This document shows, piece after piece, positions 17,110 through 27,677 of a stretch of 45,267 nucleotides of DNA. This DNA comes from a virus (Duplodnaviria; Caudoviricetes), in IMG/VR virus record IMGVR_UViG_3300037424_000947, positions 1 through 45,267 of that record. One strand, given 5' to 3'. A program made the position numbers and the translations under genes. The notes beneath the pieces were generated by a model, which saw only the letters and a program-made list of their open reading frames with translations, did not search any database and was not told where the DNA came from. Positions within the stretch are counted from its first letter, which is position 1; every line of letters starts with the position of its first letter.

Positions 17110-19350
17110 ATGGTAGATAACGTGGAACTCGCCCTGCGCATCAGCGCGGACATCAAGGATGTCCAGCGCGACGTGCGCACGTTACGCGGCGAGATCAAGG
17201 GACTGGGGCGCGAACGCGGCCCACGTGACGTCAATGCCGCGTTGGCCGAAATGCAGCGACAGGGCCAACGCGCCCGCAGCGCGTTATCCGGTCTCAAGGG
17301 CATACTCGCCACGCTTGGGGCGGCACTCTCTTTCCGCGAAATCATCAATGCCACAGTCCGCCAAGAGCAGGCAATGCGCCAGCTCGAGACGCGCCTGCGT
17401 TCGACCGGCGGCGCCGTCGGCTACACCGCGGACGAACTCGCCGGGATGGCCGCCGAGCTGCAGCGCACGACCACCTTCGGCGATGAGGCGATCATGGAGA
17501 TGCAGGGCGTACTGCTCTCCTTCCGCCGCATTCAGGGCCCGATCTTCCGCGAGGCCACGGAGGCGATCCTCGATCTCTCGGTGGGCATGGGCAAGGACCT
17601 CCAGGGCGCGGCTGTCCAGGTGGGCAAGGCGCTCGAGGATCCAGTCAAGGGCGTGTCGGCACTCGCCGAATCCGGCGTGCAGTTATCGGAGGAACAGAAA
17701 AAGCTCATCGAGGGATTCGTCCGGATGGGCGATACCGCCTCGGCGCAGCGCATCATTCTGCGCGAGCTGCAGACGCAGTTCGGCGGCTCGGCGCGCGCGG
17801 CGCGCGATACATTGGGCGGCGCGCTCACCGGCTTGCGCAATGCCTTCGGTGATCTCCTCGAGGCCAAGGGCGGCGTCAAGGAATCGAAAGAGGAAATCGA
17901 AAAGCTCATCGCTATCCTGCAAGACCCGCGGACCGCGGAAGCGGTCGACGGCATCGTATCGGCTGTCGTGCGGGGCTTGGGCAAGCTCGTCGAGTTTGTC
18001 GCCGCGGTACATTTTTTAACCGCCGGTTCATCCGATGAAGTTGAGCAGCTCGATCAACAGGTCACAAAGATCGATGCGCGCATCAAGCAATTGCGTGAGG
18101 CTGCCGCGCTGCCGCGTGCATTCCGAGGCGTTGGCACGGCAAGCGGGCTGCGTGGCGAAGAGAAATTATTCGAGTCGGAAGAATCGATCCTTAAGCGCAT
18201 CAACGCGCTGGAAGCCGAGCGCACGCGCCTTGCCACGCGGCAGATGGAGATCCTCGATGAGCGCGGCCGAAAGCTGAAGGAAGAACAATCCACCACGGTA
18301 AAACAAGACACCACCGGCGCACCGTCGAAACCGTCCGGCCCAACCAAGGAAGAAATCGACGCCGCCAATAAAGCGCGCGAGGCACTGCTCGGTGTGAACG
18401 AGTCGCTGCGCCAGCAGATCGACGCCTTCGATGCCGCCGATGATTTCGTCCTCAACTATCGTCTCACGATGGGTGATCTCAGTGAGGAGGTGGCGCGCCT
18501 GGGGCCCGAGGGACAAAAGCTCGCCACCTCGATCATCGCGCAAGCGCAGGCGCTGGAAGTATTAAAGACACAAAAGGAGGCCGATGCCGAGGCCGAACGG
18601 CAACGGAAAAAAGAGATCGAGGAGGCCGAGCGTGCGCGCCAGGCGACCGAGCGCGAGGGCGAGACGCTCACCGCGCGCCTGCGCACCGCGCAGGAACAAT
18701 ACAACGTCGAGCTCGCGCGCTACAAGGAGTTGCTCGATGCCGGCGCGATCTCCGAGGAGACATTTGGTCGCGCGCAAGCCGATGCCGAAAAGCGACGCGA
18801 GGAATCCAAAAATAAACAAGATGACGCCAACGATGACATGACGAAACGCGCCGAACAGGCAGCGCGCAGCATCGAGAGCAGCTTTGCCGATTTTCTGTTC
18901 GATCCATTCGATAAGGGAATCGAAGGTATGTTGACCAGCTTCCTGACCATTCTCCGCCGCATGATCGCGGAGGCCGCGGCCGCGCAGATCATAAAGGCAG
19001 TTATGGGCGCCGGCGGCGGTGCATTCGCTGCTGGAGTATTCCACGAAGGCGGCATCGTAGGCGAAGGCGGACGCACGCGCAGCGTCTCGCCCGCCCTCTT
19101 CGTGAACGCGCCGCGTTTGCATTCGGGGCTGCGCGCCGACGAATTCCCCGCGATCCTGCAGCGCGGCGAAGAGGTGCTCGCGAAAGACGACGCGCGCAAC
19201 AGCGCCAACGGCGAAGGCGCGGGCACGCGCATCATCAACGTCATCGATCCGAACCTGGTGCAGGATTATCTCTCGAGCGCCGCCGGCGAGCGCGTGCTCG
19301 TGAATGTCATCCAGCGCAACGGCGGCGCGATCAAGCAGATGCTCGCATGA
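17110..19350 (+). CDS. Tape measure protein
   Basis: 746 aa, Ala/Glu/Arg-rich helical; VGKALEDP and FHEGGIVG...ILQRGEEVL motifs. Confidence 0.9.
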   Translation: MVDNVELALRISADIKDVQRDVRTLRGEIKGLGRERGPRDVNAALAEMQRQGQRARSALSGLKGILATLGAALSFREIINATVRQEQAMRQLETRLRSTGGAVGYTADELAGMAAELQRTTTFGDEAIMEMQGVLLSFRRIQGPIFREATEAILDLSVGMGKDLQGAAVQVGKALEDPVKGVSALAESGVQLSEEQKKLIEGFVRMGDTASAQRIILRELQTQFGGSARAARDTLGGALTGLRNAFGDLLEAKGGVKESKEEIEKLIAILQDPRTAEAVDGIVSAVVRGLGKLVEFVAAVHFLTAGSSDEVEQLDQQVTKIDARIKQLREAAALPRAFRGVGTASGLRGEEKLFESEESILKRINALEAERTRLATRQMEILDERGRKLKEEQSTTVKQDTTGAPSKPSGPTKEEIDAANKAREALLGVNESLRQQIDAFDAADDFVLNYRLTMGDLSEEVARLGPEGQKLATSIIAQAQALEVLKTQKEADAEAERQRKKEIEEAERARQATEREGETLTARLRTAQEQYNVELARYKELLDAGAISEETFGRAQADAEKRREESKNKQDDANDDMTKRAEQAARSIESSFADFLFDPFDKGIEGMLTSFLTILRRMIAEAAAAQIIKAVMGAGGGAFAAGVFHEGGIVGEGGRTRSVSPALFVNAPRLHSGLRADEFPAILQRGEEVLAKDDARNSANGEGAGTRIINVIDPNLVQDYLSSAAGERVLVNVIQRNGGAIKQMLA

Positions 19351-20513
19351 CGGCCGTTTTCGCCTTCCGCCCGAACTGGCGCCGCAGCGTGATCGAGCGC
19401 CTGGAGTGGCTCACGGATGTCATCGAGAGCCAGAATGCGACCGAGGAGCGCAGCCGCCTGCGCACGCATCCGCGCCGTACGCTGGAATACGAGATCCTCA
19501 CCGCCGACGGGGCCGCGCGCGCGCTCGATGCGCTCCTCTGGCGCCACCAGGCGAAACAAGTCGTGCTGCCGATCTGGACGGATGCGCAGGTGCTCACCAT
19601 TACGCTCGCCGCCGACAGTATCACCATCCCCGCCCAAACGGCGGGTTTCGATTTCATCAATGGCGGGCGCGCGGTCCTGTTGCGCGATCACGAGACATTC
19701 GAAGAGGTCACTATTGCCACCGTCGAGGCCAACCAGATCACGCTGAGCGCTCCCACCACGAGCGCGTGGCCGGCCGGCACGCGCCTCTATCCCGCGCGGC
19801 TCGCACGCCTGCCGGAGGATCTCCCGCTCAAGCGCGAGACCGCGGGCCTTGCGACCGGTGTATTGCGTTTCGAGCTCGACAACACGGACGCGGCTTCGCA
19901 GCCCGACACCGATCTCTATCAGGGCATCGAGGTGAGCACGCGCCGGCCGAATTGGATCGGCGGCATAAATTACAGCTACCGCCGCAAGATCGAACGCCAC
20001 GATTACCTGCTCGGCGTGGTGGAGGTCGACGACATCTCCGGCCTGCCGGCGCCGATACGCACGCACCGTTTTTTGCTCGAAGAGCGCGCGGCGATCGGCG
20101 CTTTCCGCGGCTGGTTGCATGCGCGCGCCGGCCGCGCGCAGGCCTTCTGGCAGCCGCAATGGCAGCTCGATCTCGAACAGAGCGCGCCGATCGGCGAGAC
20201 ACAGCTCGAGCTGCGCGTGCGCGCGCTCGACTACGCGGCCGCCTATGCCTTCGACCCGAACCGCCGCGACATCGCCATCTTGCATCGCGCCAGCGGCAAC
20301 TGGTATTTCCGGCGCATCGAGGCCGTGGCGCCAGGCGGGCCTGATGAGGAGATCCTCACGCTCGACGCATCGCTGGGCATCGCGGCCGCGCCGGGTGAGT
20401 TATTCCTCGCCTGGCTGGTGCTCTCGCGCCTCGATGCCGATGCCGTGGAGATCGGCTGGCAGAGCGCCGGCAATGCGGTGAGCGATCTCACGCTGCGCGG
20501 GGTGCGCCAATGA
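19347..20513 (+). CDS. Tail tip / distal tail protein
   Basis: PNW..VIERLEWLTDV motif; follows the tape measure gene. Confidence 0.7.
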   Translation: MTAVFAFRPNWRRSVIERLEWLTDVIESQNATEERSRLRTHPRRTLEYEILTADGAARALDALLWRHQAKQVVLPIWTDAQVLTITLAADSITIPAQTAGFDFINGGRAVLLRDHETFEEVTIATVEANQITLSAPTTSAWPAGTRLYPARLARLPEDLPLKRETAGLATGVLRFELDNTDAASQPDTDLYQGIEVSTRRPNWIGGINYSYRRKIERHDYLLGVVEVDDISGLPAPIRTHRFLLEERAAIGAFRGWLHARAGRAQAFWQPQWQLDLEQSAPIGETQLELRVRALDYAAAYAFDPNRRDIAILHRASGNWYFRRIEAVAPGGPDEEILTLDASLGIAAAPGELFLAWLVLSRLDADAVEIGWQSAGNAVSDLTLRGVRQ

Positions 20514-20529
20514 TCCAAGTCCGTGTTCG

Positions 20530-20545
20530 GGTTTCCCGGGAAACC
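20530..20545. promoter_or_regulatory. parS/NBS-like site 3, perfect palindrome GGTTTCCCGGGAAACC
   Basis: 16-bp perfect palindrome in a short intergenic gap. Confidence 0.6.
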
Positions 20546-20562
20546 GCCGCCGAGTTATTCCC

Positions 20563-21369
20563 ATGAGCAGCATCGAGCTATACCGGTTCGTCGAAGGGCC
20601 ATTGGTATTCACGCAGACCAGCGTCGGTGCGCCGGTGTCATACAACGGCGAAACGTACGATCCGCAACCGCTCGCCCGGTCGCAGGTTGAATCCAAGAAC
20701 GAGATGTCCCGGGCCAGCATCGATATCAGGACCAGCCTGAATAACCCACTGGCGCTGCGCTATCTTTCCCAGCCCGTGGACCGCGTTGTCACGCTCGCCA
20801 TCTTCAAGCAGGTCGACGGAGTCACTAATATCTTTTGGCGTGGCCGCCTGGGCGCCGTGAAGGCGACGGACAGGGAAGTCGCCCTCACGTTCGAATCGGT
20901 GTTCACGTCCTTGCGCCGCCCCGGCCTGCGCGCCCGCTATCAGCGGGGTTGCCGCTATGCCCTCTACGGGCACGGATGCGCGCTGGACCCGGAGAACTTT
21001 CGGATGTCCGTGTTGATGACCGGCTTTAGCGGCACGACGCTGTTCGTGTCGGACACCAGCGCCGAGCCCAACAACCGGTTCCAGGGCGGGATGGTCCGTA
21101 GCCCCGAAGGCACGCTGCGATACGTGATGAGCAGCGTGGTCAATCAAGTGACATTGGCGCGAAGTTTTGATTCGTTGATCACGACGTTTCTGAACAGAGG
21201 CTATGGGCAGAGCTATGGCAATTCCTATGGCGGCTACGTGGAATTGGGTCTGTACCCTGGCTGTGCGCACGATATGACGGCGTGTCAATCATTCAACAAT
21301 CTGGATAACTACGGCGGCTTCCCCTGGATTCCGCTAAAGAATCCATTCGGCGGCAGTTCGATAGCCTGA
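20563..21369 (+). CDS. Baseplate hub / tail tip protein (BR0599/DUF2163-like)
   Basis: C..LYG.GC, LYPGCAH...C..FNNLDNYGGFPWIP motifs. Confidence 0.85.
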   Translation: MSSIELYRFVEGPLVFTQTSVGAPVSYNGETYDPQPLARSQVESKNEMSRASIDIRTSLNNPLALRYLSQPVDRVVTLAIFKQVDGVTNIFWRGRLGAVKATDREVALTFESVFTSLRRPGLRARYQRGCRYALYGHGCALDPENFRMSVLMTGFSGTTLFVSDTSAEPNNRFQGGMVRSPEGTLRYVMSSVVNQVTLARSFDSLITTFLNRGYGQSYGNSYGGYVELGLYPGCAHDMTACQSFNNLDNYGGFPWIPLKNPFGGSSIA

Positions 21370-21381
21370 AGGAGGCTGATC

Positions 21382-21612
21382 ATGTGGTGGCATGTGGTGT
21401 TGTTCGTGGTGTCATTGGTGGTGTCTTACGCCATGATCCCGAAACCGGAAACCCAACCGCCCGCTGGGCTTGGTGATATTCAAGTTCCAACCGCGGAAGA
21501 GGGTCGGGAAATTCCCGTGCTGTTCGGTACACGTTTCGTAAACAGCCCTAATGTCGTCTATTACGGAAACCTCAGTTCTGTTGCGGTGAAAGCAAGCGGC
21601 GGCAAAAAATGA
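21382..21612 (+). CDS. Small tail assembly protein
   Basis: PTAEEGREIPVLFGT...PNVVYYG motif. Confidence 0.75.
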   Translation: MWWHVVLFVVSLVVSYAMIPKPETQPPAGLGDIQVPTAEEGREIPVLFGTRFVNSPNVVYYGNLSSVAVKASGGKK

Positions 21613-21809
21613 ATGATCCCGTGATCCGTATGTCGGATTTGCGCGCGGGTCGTATGTGCAGCCGCGGGGCGCGGGCGTTTGCCGAACGCCATAATTTGGA
21701 TTGGCAAGACTTCCTGCGCAATGGTATTCCCGCGAGCAAGCTCGAGGCGACGGGCGATGCGATGATAATAAAAATCGTGGAGGCTATCCGTGGGCGGCAG
21801 CAGCAGTAA
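21609..21809 (+). CDS. Small tail-associated protein
   Basis: MCSRGARAFAERHNLDWQDFLRNGI motif typical of this tail module. Confidence 0.7.
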   Translation: MNDPVIRMSDLRAGRMCSRGARAFAERHNLDWQDFLRNGIPASKLEATGDAMIIKIVEAIRGRQQQ

Positions 21810-24800
21810 AAAACAAACTGTCGGCTACAAATATTTTCTGAGCGTGCATGCGATCCTGACGCATGGCCCGGTGGATCGCATATTGCGTCTGCAATTCGAC
21901 AAAAAGGACGCCTGGGTCGGGGATTCCACTGGCGGTCAGCTGAACGTCTATGCGCCTGAACTGTTTGGCGGAGATAAAAAGGAAGGTGGTGTATCGGGCC
22001 AGATCACGTTTGCGCCCGGCGCGCCGGATCAAATGCCCAATGCCCATCTCCAGAGTATTATTGGCGCCTCATTGCCTGCATTCCGGGGCGTTGCGGGTTT
22101 GGTTTTTGGTCCCCTTGTCTCCGGGCTGAGTTCTGCTGGTTTCTATTTTGGCATGAACCCATACCTGAAACCGTGGTCGGTGCGGCTTCAGCGCATTCAC
22201 AAAACCACCGACGGGGCAACGCAATGGAATGATGCCGTGGCCGAGATTCCCGCGGCCGTGGATCGACAGCCCGTGGGGGGTCCGGTCTGGCGGCCTCGCA
22301 ATACGGGCTATTTTGTTGTCGGCGCCTCGCAGGAGATCGACGGCGTTTACCGCAATCCCACGGACCAGAGCTGGCTGGATGGCTACATCGACAGCTTGCG
22401 CATCACCAAGGGCGTCGCGCGCTACACGACCAAAACATTTACACCGCCGAACGCACCATTCAACCAAGTCGACGATCCGTACTGGAACGAAACCCTCGCC
22501 GCGGTGTTGTATCACAATGGAGTGGCCATCGATTTAAAGGGCAATCCCGTTTCCGCCCTCATCTCCACGGACACCTCCAAATTCGGGACCACCTCCGCCA
22601 AATTCACCGACACGGTTGGCAGCTATGGAAGGATCGACGTCGGCGTCGGTAATGATGATCTCGGTGGTACTTTCACCATCGAAGCCTGGGTTTACATCAA
22701 CGGGCCCAGCTCGGGCCCTTATGCCTCGCCCATTCTCAGTGCGGGCGCGATCAATGTCTCCGGTTATGACACCGATTTCTATGTCGGTATTGATAGGTTC
22801 CTGCACTTCATACAGACGGGAGAGGTGCCGAACACCAACCTAGCGGGCATGCTCAATAAGGTGTCCTACGGCCGATGGACGTTTGTCACTCTGACGCGTG
22901 ACAACGTCTCGGGCCTGTATTACATGCATGCGGATGGTCGGCTGGTGACCGGCACGTCGACCGGGGCCAACATGAATCCGGTCCACATCATTCGCGAGTG
23001 TTTGACCGACCCCGACTGGGGCATGGGCTATCTCGCGTCGGATATCGATGATGCCTCTTTCCTCACCGCGGCCGATACGCTTGCCGATGAGTACATGGGC
23101 ATGTCGTTACTGTGGGATCGGCAAATGGCCATCGAGGATTTCATCAAGATAGTTGTCCAGCATATCGATGCAGCTTTATTTGTCAGCCGCACGACTGGCA
23201 AATTCATACTGAAGCTAATTCGGAATGATTACATTCCGGATAGCCTGCTCGTGCTGGACGTGAACAATGCAAATGTGTCTGACTACAGCTATCGGGCATT
23301 TGGTGAGCTGGTCAATGCCGTCACGGTGAATTATTGGGATGACGATAACAACGCTCAAGGTAGTGTCACAGTGTCTGACCCGGCGTTGGTCCAGGATCTG
23401 GGAGCCATCGGGACCACCGTGCAATATCCGGGATTTACCAATAAGGACCTGGCCGCGCAGGTAGCCCTGCGCGACCTGGTCTCTTTGTCCAGCCCGCTGC
23501 GATCCGCCACGATCTACGCCGGTATTACCGCGGCCAATCTCAATATCGGCGATCCATTCAAATTGGATTGGCCCGATTTTTCCGATACCCCGATCATCAT
23601 GCGCGTAATCGGACTTGCGCTGGGCGATGGAAAATCAAACCAGATCCGGATCACCGCGACCGAGGATCGTTTCGCTTTGCCCAGTTCGGGCGCGACCGCT
23701 CCTCCAGCGACCCAATGGACCGATCCCGTGGTGGCGCCCATACCCGCGACGGTGCGCGTGGTAATGGAAACTCCCTATTACGAGCTGGTCCAGCGCCAGG
23801 GGCAGACCATTATCGAGAACATTCTCGGCACGTCGCCCGAATCGGGTTATTTGATGGTCACCGCGCAGCGGCCCGAGGCGGCAATCAGGGCTGATATCCG
23901 TGTCGATGACGGCGGTGGATACGATGATCAGGGTATGTGCGATTTCAGTCCCGCAGCGACCCTGGTGAATTCCATTGGATACATGGATACGGTGCTCGAC
24001 GTCGTCGCCGGGCCGGACTTTAATTCGGTGGAAGACGGTACCTATGCATTGATGGGTAATGAACTCATCAAGATCGTCAGCGTCACGGATACCACTGTGA
24101 TCGTGGGCCGGGGCGTGTTGGATACCGTGCCCGGCGCACACGCGGCGGGAACGGCGATTATCTTTGTGGATGTCTATGCGGAAGTGGTGAATAAGGAATA
24201 TGTATTGAGCGAAACGATTAACGTCAAGCTTCTTCCAACCACGGGCGCGGGCACGCTCGATATTGCTGATGCGACTGCGGATGCGCTCATGTTTGCGCAG
24301 CGCGCGTTCAGACCCTACGCGCCAGGAAATCTGAAAATCAACGGGAGTTATTTTCCGCTAGCCATCCTGGGCGCAGCGAGCTTCACCTGGTCGCACCGCG
24401 ACCGAAAGCAACAGACATCGGGCGACCTGGTCGTGTTCACGGATGGCAACGTTGGCCCGGAGGCGGGCACCACCTACACGTTGGAGATCTACGGCGAGAC
24501 GGATGCCCTGCTGCGCACCGCGACCGGGCTCACGGGCACCAGTTACGATTATGCAGAAGCCGATGAAAAATCGGACAGCAATCTCACAGCGGGTGACGCC
24601 CCTCCGCCACCGGCGACTGCTATCCGTTCCGCCATGGGGGCAACTCTCACGGGCACTCAGAAATGGTATTTTAGTGTGCGGGGAGATAACGGCAGAATAT
24701 ATGGCGTGCCGCTTGAGGCCACGGACATCCTGATCATTGATCCCGAAGCGGGGACCGCTACCCGCTCCACCATGGGCGCGACCCTCACGGGCACGCTTAA

Positions 24801-26355
24801 ATGGATTGGTGGGGCGAAGGCCGCAAACGGAAAAATTTATTGCGTGCCTTACAATGCCCCGGACATCTTGATTATTGATCCTGGCACGGGAACAGCCAGC
24901 CGCTCCACCATGGGACTACCTTCCATGACGGACTTAGGCAAATGGGTTGGTGCCGTGTTGGGTAGTGATGGAAAAATTTATGGAGTGCCTGATGATTCTC
25001 CTGACATCCTGATCATTGATCCCGTTGCGGGGACCGCCATCCGCTCCACCATGGGGGCAACCTTGACGGGTACTCAAAAATGGCGCACCGGGGTGGCGGG
25101 CTTGGATGGCAAAATCTACTGCCCACCTTATAACGCCACGGACATCCTGATCATTGATCCCGTTGCGGGGACCGCCATCCGCTCCACCATGGGGGCAACC
25201 CTCACGGGTACTCAAAAATGGAACGGTTCTGTAGGCGCAAATAATCGCATCTATGCGGTGCCCTATGATGCCACGGACATCCTGATCATTGACCCCGTTG
25301 CGGGGACCGCCATCCGCTCCGCCATGGGGGCAACCCTCACGGGATCAGCCAAGTGGTTGGGAGGGGCATTGGCCAACGGTCGCATATATTGCATCCCTGT
25401 AGGGGCGACCGATCTTTTGATCATTGATCCGGTAATGGGGACAGCATCCCGTGATGCGATGGGCCTCACTCTTAGCGATACCAACAAATTCACCGGGGCA
25501 ACGGTGAGTATGAACGGGGTCCTTTATGGCAACCCGTATTCGTCTGAGACGGTGCTTGTGATCGAGCCCCGCCCTTTTGAATATGACCTTCTGGTGAATG
25601 AGGATTCACCCTCTGTGTTCTACAAATTCTGGGAGGTGTCCGGCACCACGGCCTATGACCAGAGCGGCAACGCGCGCAACGGTACGTATGTCAACGGTCC
25701 ACTTTTACAACAACCCGGGATTTTCTCCTTTGACAAGGGAGTTCATTACGACGGTATCAATGACCGCGTTACCGTCCCCGCCCTTACTTCACTGGTTGCT
25801 AGTGGATTCACGGTCGAGGTAATTGGTGTGCTGGACGACACCACCGTGGGCCGCTTTTTTGAGCTCACCGGCCAGGCTCCTTACTGTGTTTTGATACCCA
25901 ACTACATAGCGGGTGGGTTCCACGTCCAGGTTGGCAGCGTGGGGGGCATTAACGTCTCCGGCGTGGATTGCACTCAACCCCATGTTTTTACGCTGGTGCA
26001 AGAAACTACCGGGGCCTGGGAAATTTACGTGGATGGAGTCCAAAAAGGTTCTGGCACAAGCAATGGGATTCAATTGACCCCTGCCAATAACTATATCGGT
26101 GTTGCGGTAGACGGAGCTACCCAGCCACTCAAGGGCACCACCGTTCGATTTGCTTGGCACGCGGCACCGCTTACCCCTGCCCGAATTGCCCTGCGAGCGG
26201 CGGCAGCTCGCCAAATGCTGCTCCGTCTCAACAACAGCTTGCACATCCGGCTGAGTGCTCAGCGGGATGCCCTAGATAGTTTTCAGTCGCATGACTACAC
26301 GTTCGATCGAGCCGGCTACGGCTTCAACTATGGAAAATACTACGGAGGTGTGTAA
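21790..26355 (+). CDS. Central tail tip / host-specificity protein with LamG-like domains and beta-propeller repeats
   Basis: 1521 aa. VGYKY, PAFRGV, NPVHIIRECLTD and WSHRDR tip motifs; LamG-like GYIDSLRITKGVARY and FTIEAWV; seven internal repeats. Confidence 0.85.
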   Translation: MGGSSSKKQTVGYKYFLSVHAILTHGPVDRILRLQFDKKDAWVGDSTGGQLNVYAPELFGGDKKEGGVSGQITFAPGAPDQMPNAHLQSIIGASLPAFRGVAGLVFGPLVSGLSSAGFYFGMNPYLKPWSVRLQRIHKTTDGATQWNDAVAEIPAAVDRQPVGGPVWRPRNTGYFVVGASQEIDGVYRNPTDQSWLDGYIDSLRITKGVARYTTKTFTPPNAPFNQVDDPYWNETLAAVLYHNGVAIDLKGNPVSALISTDTSKFGTTSAKFTDTVGSYGRIDVGVGNDDLGGTFTIEAWVYINGPSSGPYASPILSAGAINVSGYDTDFYVGIDRFLHFIQTGEVPNTNLAGMLNKVSYGRWTFVTLTRDNVSGLYYMHADGRLVTGTSTGANMNPVHIIRECLTDPDWGMGYLASDIDDASFLTAADTLADEYMGMSLLWDRQMAIEDFIKIVVQHIDAALFVSRTTGKFILKLIRNDYIPDSLLVLDVNNANVSDYSYRAFGELVNAVTVNYWDDDNNAQGSVTVSDPALVQDLGAIGTTVQYPGFTNKDLAAQVALRDLVSLSSPLRSATIYAGITAANLNIGDPFKLDWPDFSDTPIIMRVIGLALGDGKSNQIRITATEDRFALPSSGATAPPATQWTDPVVAPIPATVRVVMETPYYELVQRQGQTIIENILGTSPESGYLMVTAQRPEAAIRADIRVDDGGGYDDQGMCDFSPAATLVNSIGYMDTVLDVVAGPDFNSVEDGTYALMGNELIKIVSVTDTTVIVGRGVLDTVPGAHAAGTAIIFVDVYAEVVNKEYVLSETINVKLLPTTGAGTLDIADATADALMFAQRAFRPYAPGNLKINGSYFPLAILGAASFTWSHRDRKQQTSGDLVVFTDGNVGPEAGTTYTLEIYGETDALLRTATGLTGTSYDYAEADEKSDSNLTAGDAPPPPATAIRSAMGATLTGTQKWYFSVRGDNGRIYGVPLEATDILIIDPEAGTATRSTMGATLTGTLKWIGGAKAANGKIYCVPYNAPDILIIDPGTGTASRSTMGLPSMTDLGKWVGAVLGSDGKIYGVPDDSPDILIIDPVAGTAIRSTMGATLTGTQKWRTGVAGLDGKIYCPPYNATDILIIDPVAGTAIRSTMGATLTGTQKWNGSVGANNRIYAVPYDATDILIIDPVAGTAIRSAMGATLTGSAKWLGGALANGRIYCIPVGATDLLIIDPVMGTASRDAMGLTLSDTNKFTGATVSMNGVLYGNPYSSETVLVIEPRPFEYDLLVNEDSPSVFYKFWEVSGTTAYDQSGNARNGTYVNGPLLQQPGIFSFDKGVHYDGINDRVTVPALTSLVASGFTVEVIGVLDDTTVGRFFELTGQAPYCVLIPNYIAGGFHVQVGSVGGINVSGVDCTQPHVFTLVQETTGAWEIYVDGVQKGSGTSNGIQLTPANNYIGVAVDGATQPLKGTTVRFAWHAAPLTPARIALRAAAARQMLLRLNNSLHIRLSAQRDALDSFQSHDYTFDRAGYGFNYGKYYGGV
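24613..25566 (+). repeat. About seven tandem ~45-aa repeats (putative beta-propeller blades)
   Basis: Recurring RSTMGATLTGTQKW...GKIY.VP..ATDILIIDP; three copies near-identical at DNA level (about 25004, 25141, 25277). Confidence 0.85.
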
Positions 26356-27053
26356 TGGCAGCTGTTCAAGAACCTAACCTGGGGCTGTACTACTCATGGG
26401 CGCTGGGCGAGGTCGGTTGGAATACCGGCATGGATACCAACCTCAAGATGCTGGGCGTGTTAGTACGACTGGCCATTCTCTCCGCGACCCTATCCGCTCC
26501 CCCGGGATCTCCGACAGCGGGGGACCGCTACATTGTCGGCCCCGCCGCGACAGGAGCCTGGGCGACGAAAGAAAAGCAAATTGCGTTGTGGGATGGAACA
26601 GCGTGGGTATTTTATGTGCCCAAGAAAGGCTGGGAAGTTCGTGCGATGGATACCGGCCAGCTGTATATCCACAACGGGACCACTTGGGATGCCGAGCTGA
26701 AATTGTATTCGGTCTTATCAGCGACCATCGCGGCCCCGCCAGGCTCCCCGGCGAATGGAGATCGCTACGTTGTAGCGGCCACCGCCTCGGGGGCTTGGAC
26801 GGGCATGGAGGGTAAAATTGCCCAGTGGAACGCGGCAATTGCGGCGTGGACATTTACCACGCCGGGCAACGGCTGGGAGGTCCGAGCCTATGATTCCAAG
26901 CAACGCTACACGTATGTCAGCACAGCCTGGGCGTTGGAGGGCATGCTGTATGGCCGTTATGCGAATGATGCGGCCGCAGCGACAGGCGGGGTGCCGGTGG
27001 ACGGAATATATACCAATTCCACAACTGGGGCGTTGACTGTTCGTCTCGTATAA
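26355..27053 (+). CDS. Tail fibre-associated protein with two DUF2793-like repeats
   Basis: APPGSP..GDRY.V..ATGAW...IA.W....W.F..P..GW occurs twice. Confidence 0.75.
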   Translation: MAAVQEPNLGLYYSWALGEVGWNTGMDTNLKMLGVLVRLAILSATLSAPPGSPTAGDRYIVGPAATGAWATKEKQIALWDGTAWVFYVPKKGWEVRAMDTGQLYIHNGTTWDAELKLYSVLSATIAAPPGSPANGDRYVVAATASGAWTGMEGKIAQWNAAIAAWTFTTPGNGWEVRAYDSKQRYTYVSTAWALEGMLYGRYANDAAAATGGVPVDGIYTNSTTGALTVRLV

Positions 27054-27065
27054 GTGAGGAGAATC

Positions 27066-27677
27066 ATGATCACTGAATTCGCCCTGCGCACCGTTCTACG
27101 CCACGCCCCGCCGCCCTGGCTCGCCGCGCTCCTCGAGGAGTTGCCGCATTGGGGTCTCGACACCGATAACGAGATCGCATCATTCATCGCGCAGGTCGCG
27201 CACGAGTCGATGGAGTTCACGCGCTTCACCGAGAATCTCAGTTACTCGGCCGAGCGCCTGCAAGAGGTGTGGCGGCGCCGGTTCCCGACGATCGAGGTGG
27301 CGCGGCGCTACGAGCGCAACCCGATGGCGCTCGCGAACTTCGTCTACGCCAACCGGCTCGGCAACGGCAGCCCGGAGAGCGGTGACGGCTGGCGCTTCCG
27401 CGGCCGCGGGCCGATTCAGATCACCGGCCGGCGCAATTACCAAGCCTGCGCGAAAGGCATCAACGCGCCACTCCTCGAGCAGCCCGAGCTCCTGCTCACG
27501 CCGGCGATCGGCATCCGCAGTGCGTGCTGGTATTGGGCGAGCCGCGGGCTGGATCGCCTCGATGATGACGACGACGTGCTGGCCGAGACGCGCGCGGTGA
27601 ACGGCGGCACGCATGGCCTGGCGCAGCGACAGGCATATTTCGATAACGTAATGCGCGCGATCGCGGGAGGCAACTGA
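27066..27677 (+). CDS. Endolysin, glycoside hydrolase family 19
   Basis: FIAQVAHES, ENLSYS, FRGRGPIQITGRRNY and VNGGTHGL motifs. Confidence 0.9.
   Translation: MITEFALRTVLRHAPPPWLAALLEELPHWGLDTDNEIASFIAQVAHESMEFTRFTENLSYSAERLQEVWRRRFPTIEVARRYERNPMALANFVYANRLGNGSPESGDGWRFRGRGPIQITGRRNYQACAKGINAPLLEQPELLLTPAIGIRSACWYWASRGLDRLDDDDDVLAETRAVNGGTHGLAQRQAYFDNVMRAIAGGN

Noticed and set aside
24613-25566. Diversity-generating retroelement TR/VR or shufflon in the tail gene
   Set aside because: No reverse transcriptase or small invertase is visible; the repeats are in-frame protein repeats without adenine-specific differences.
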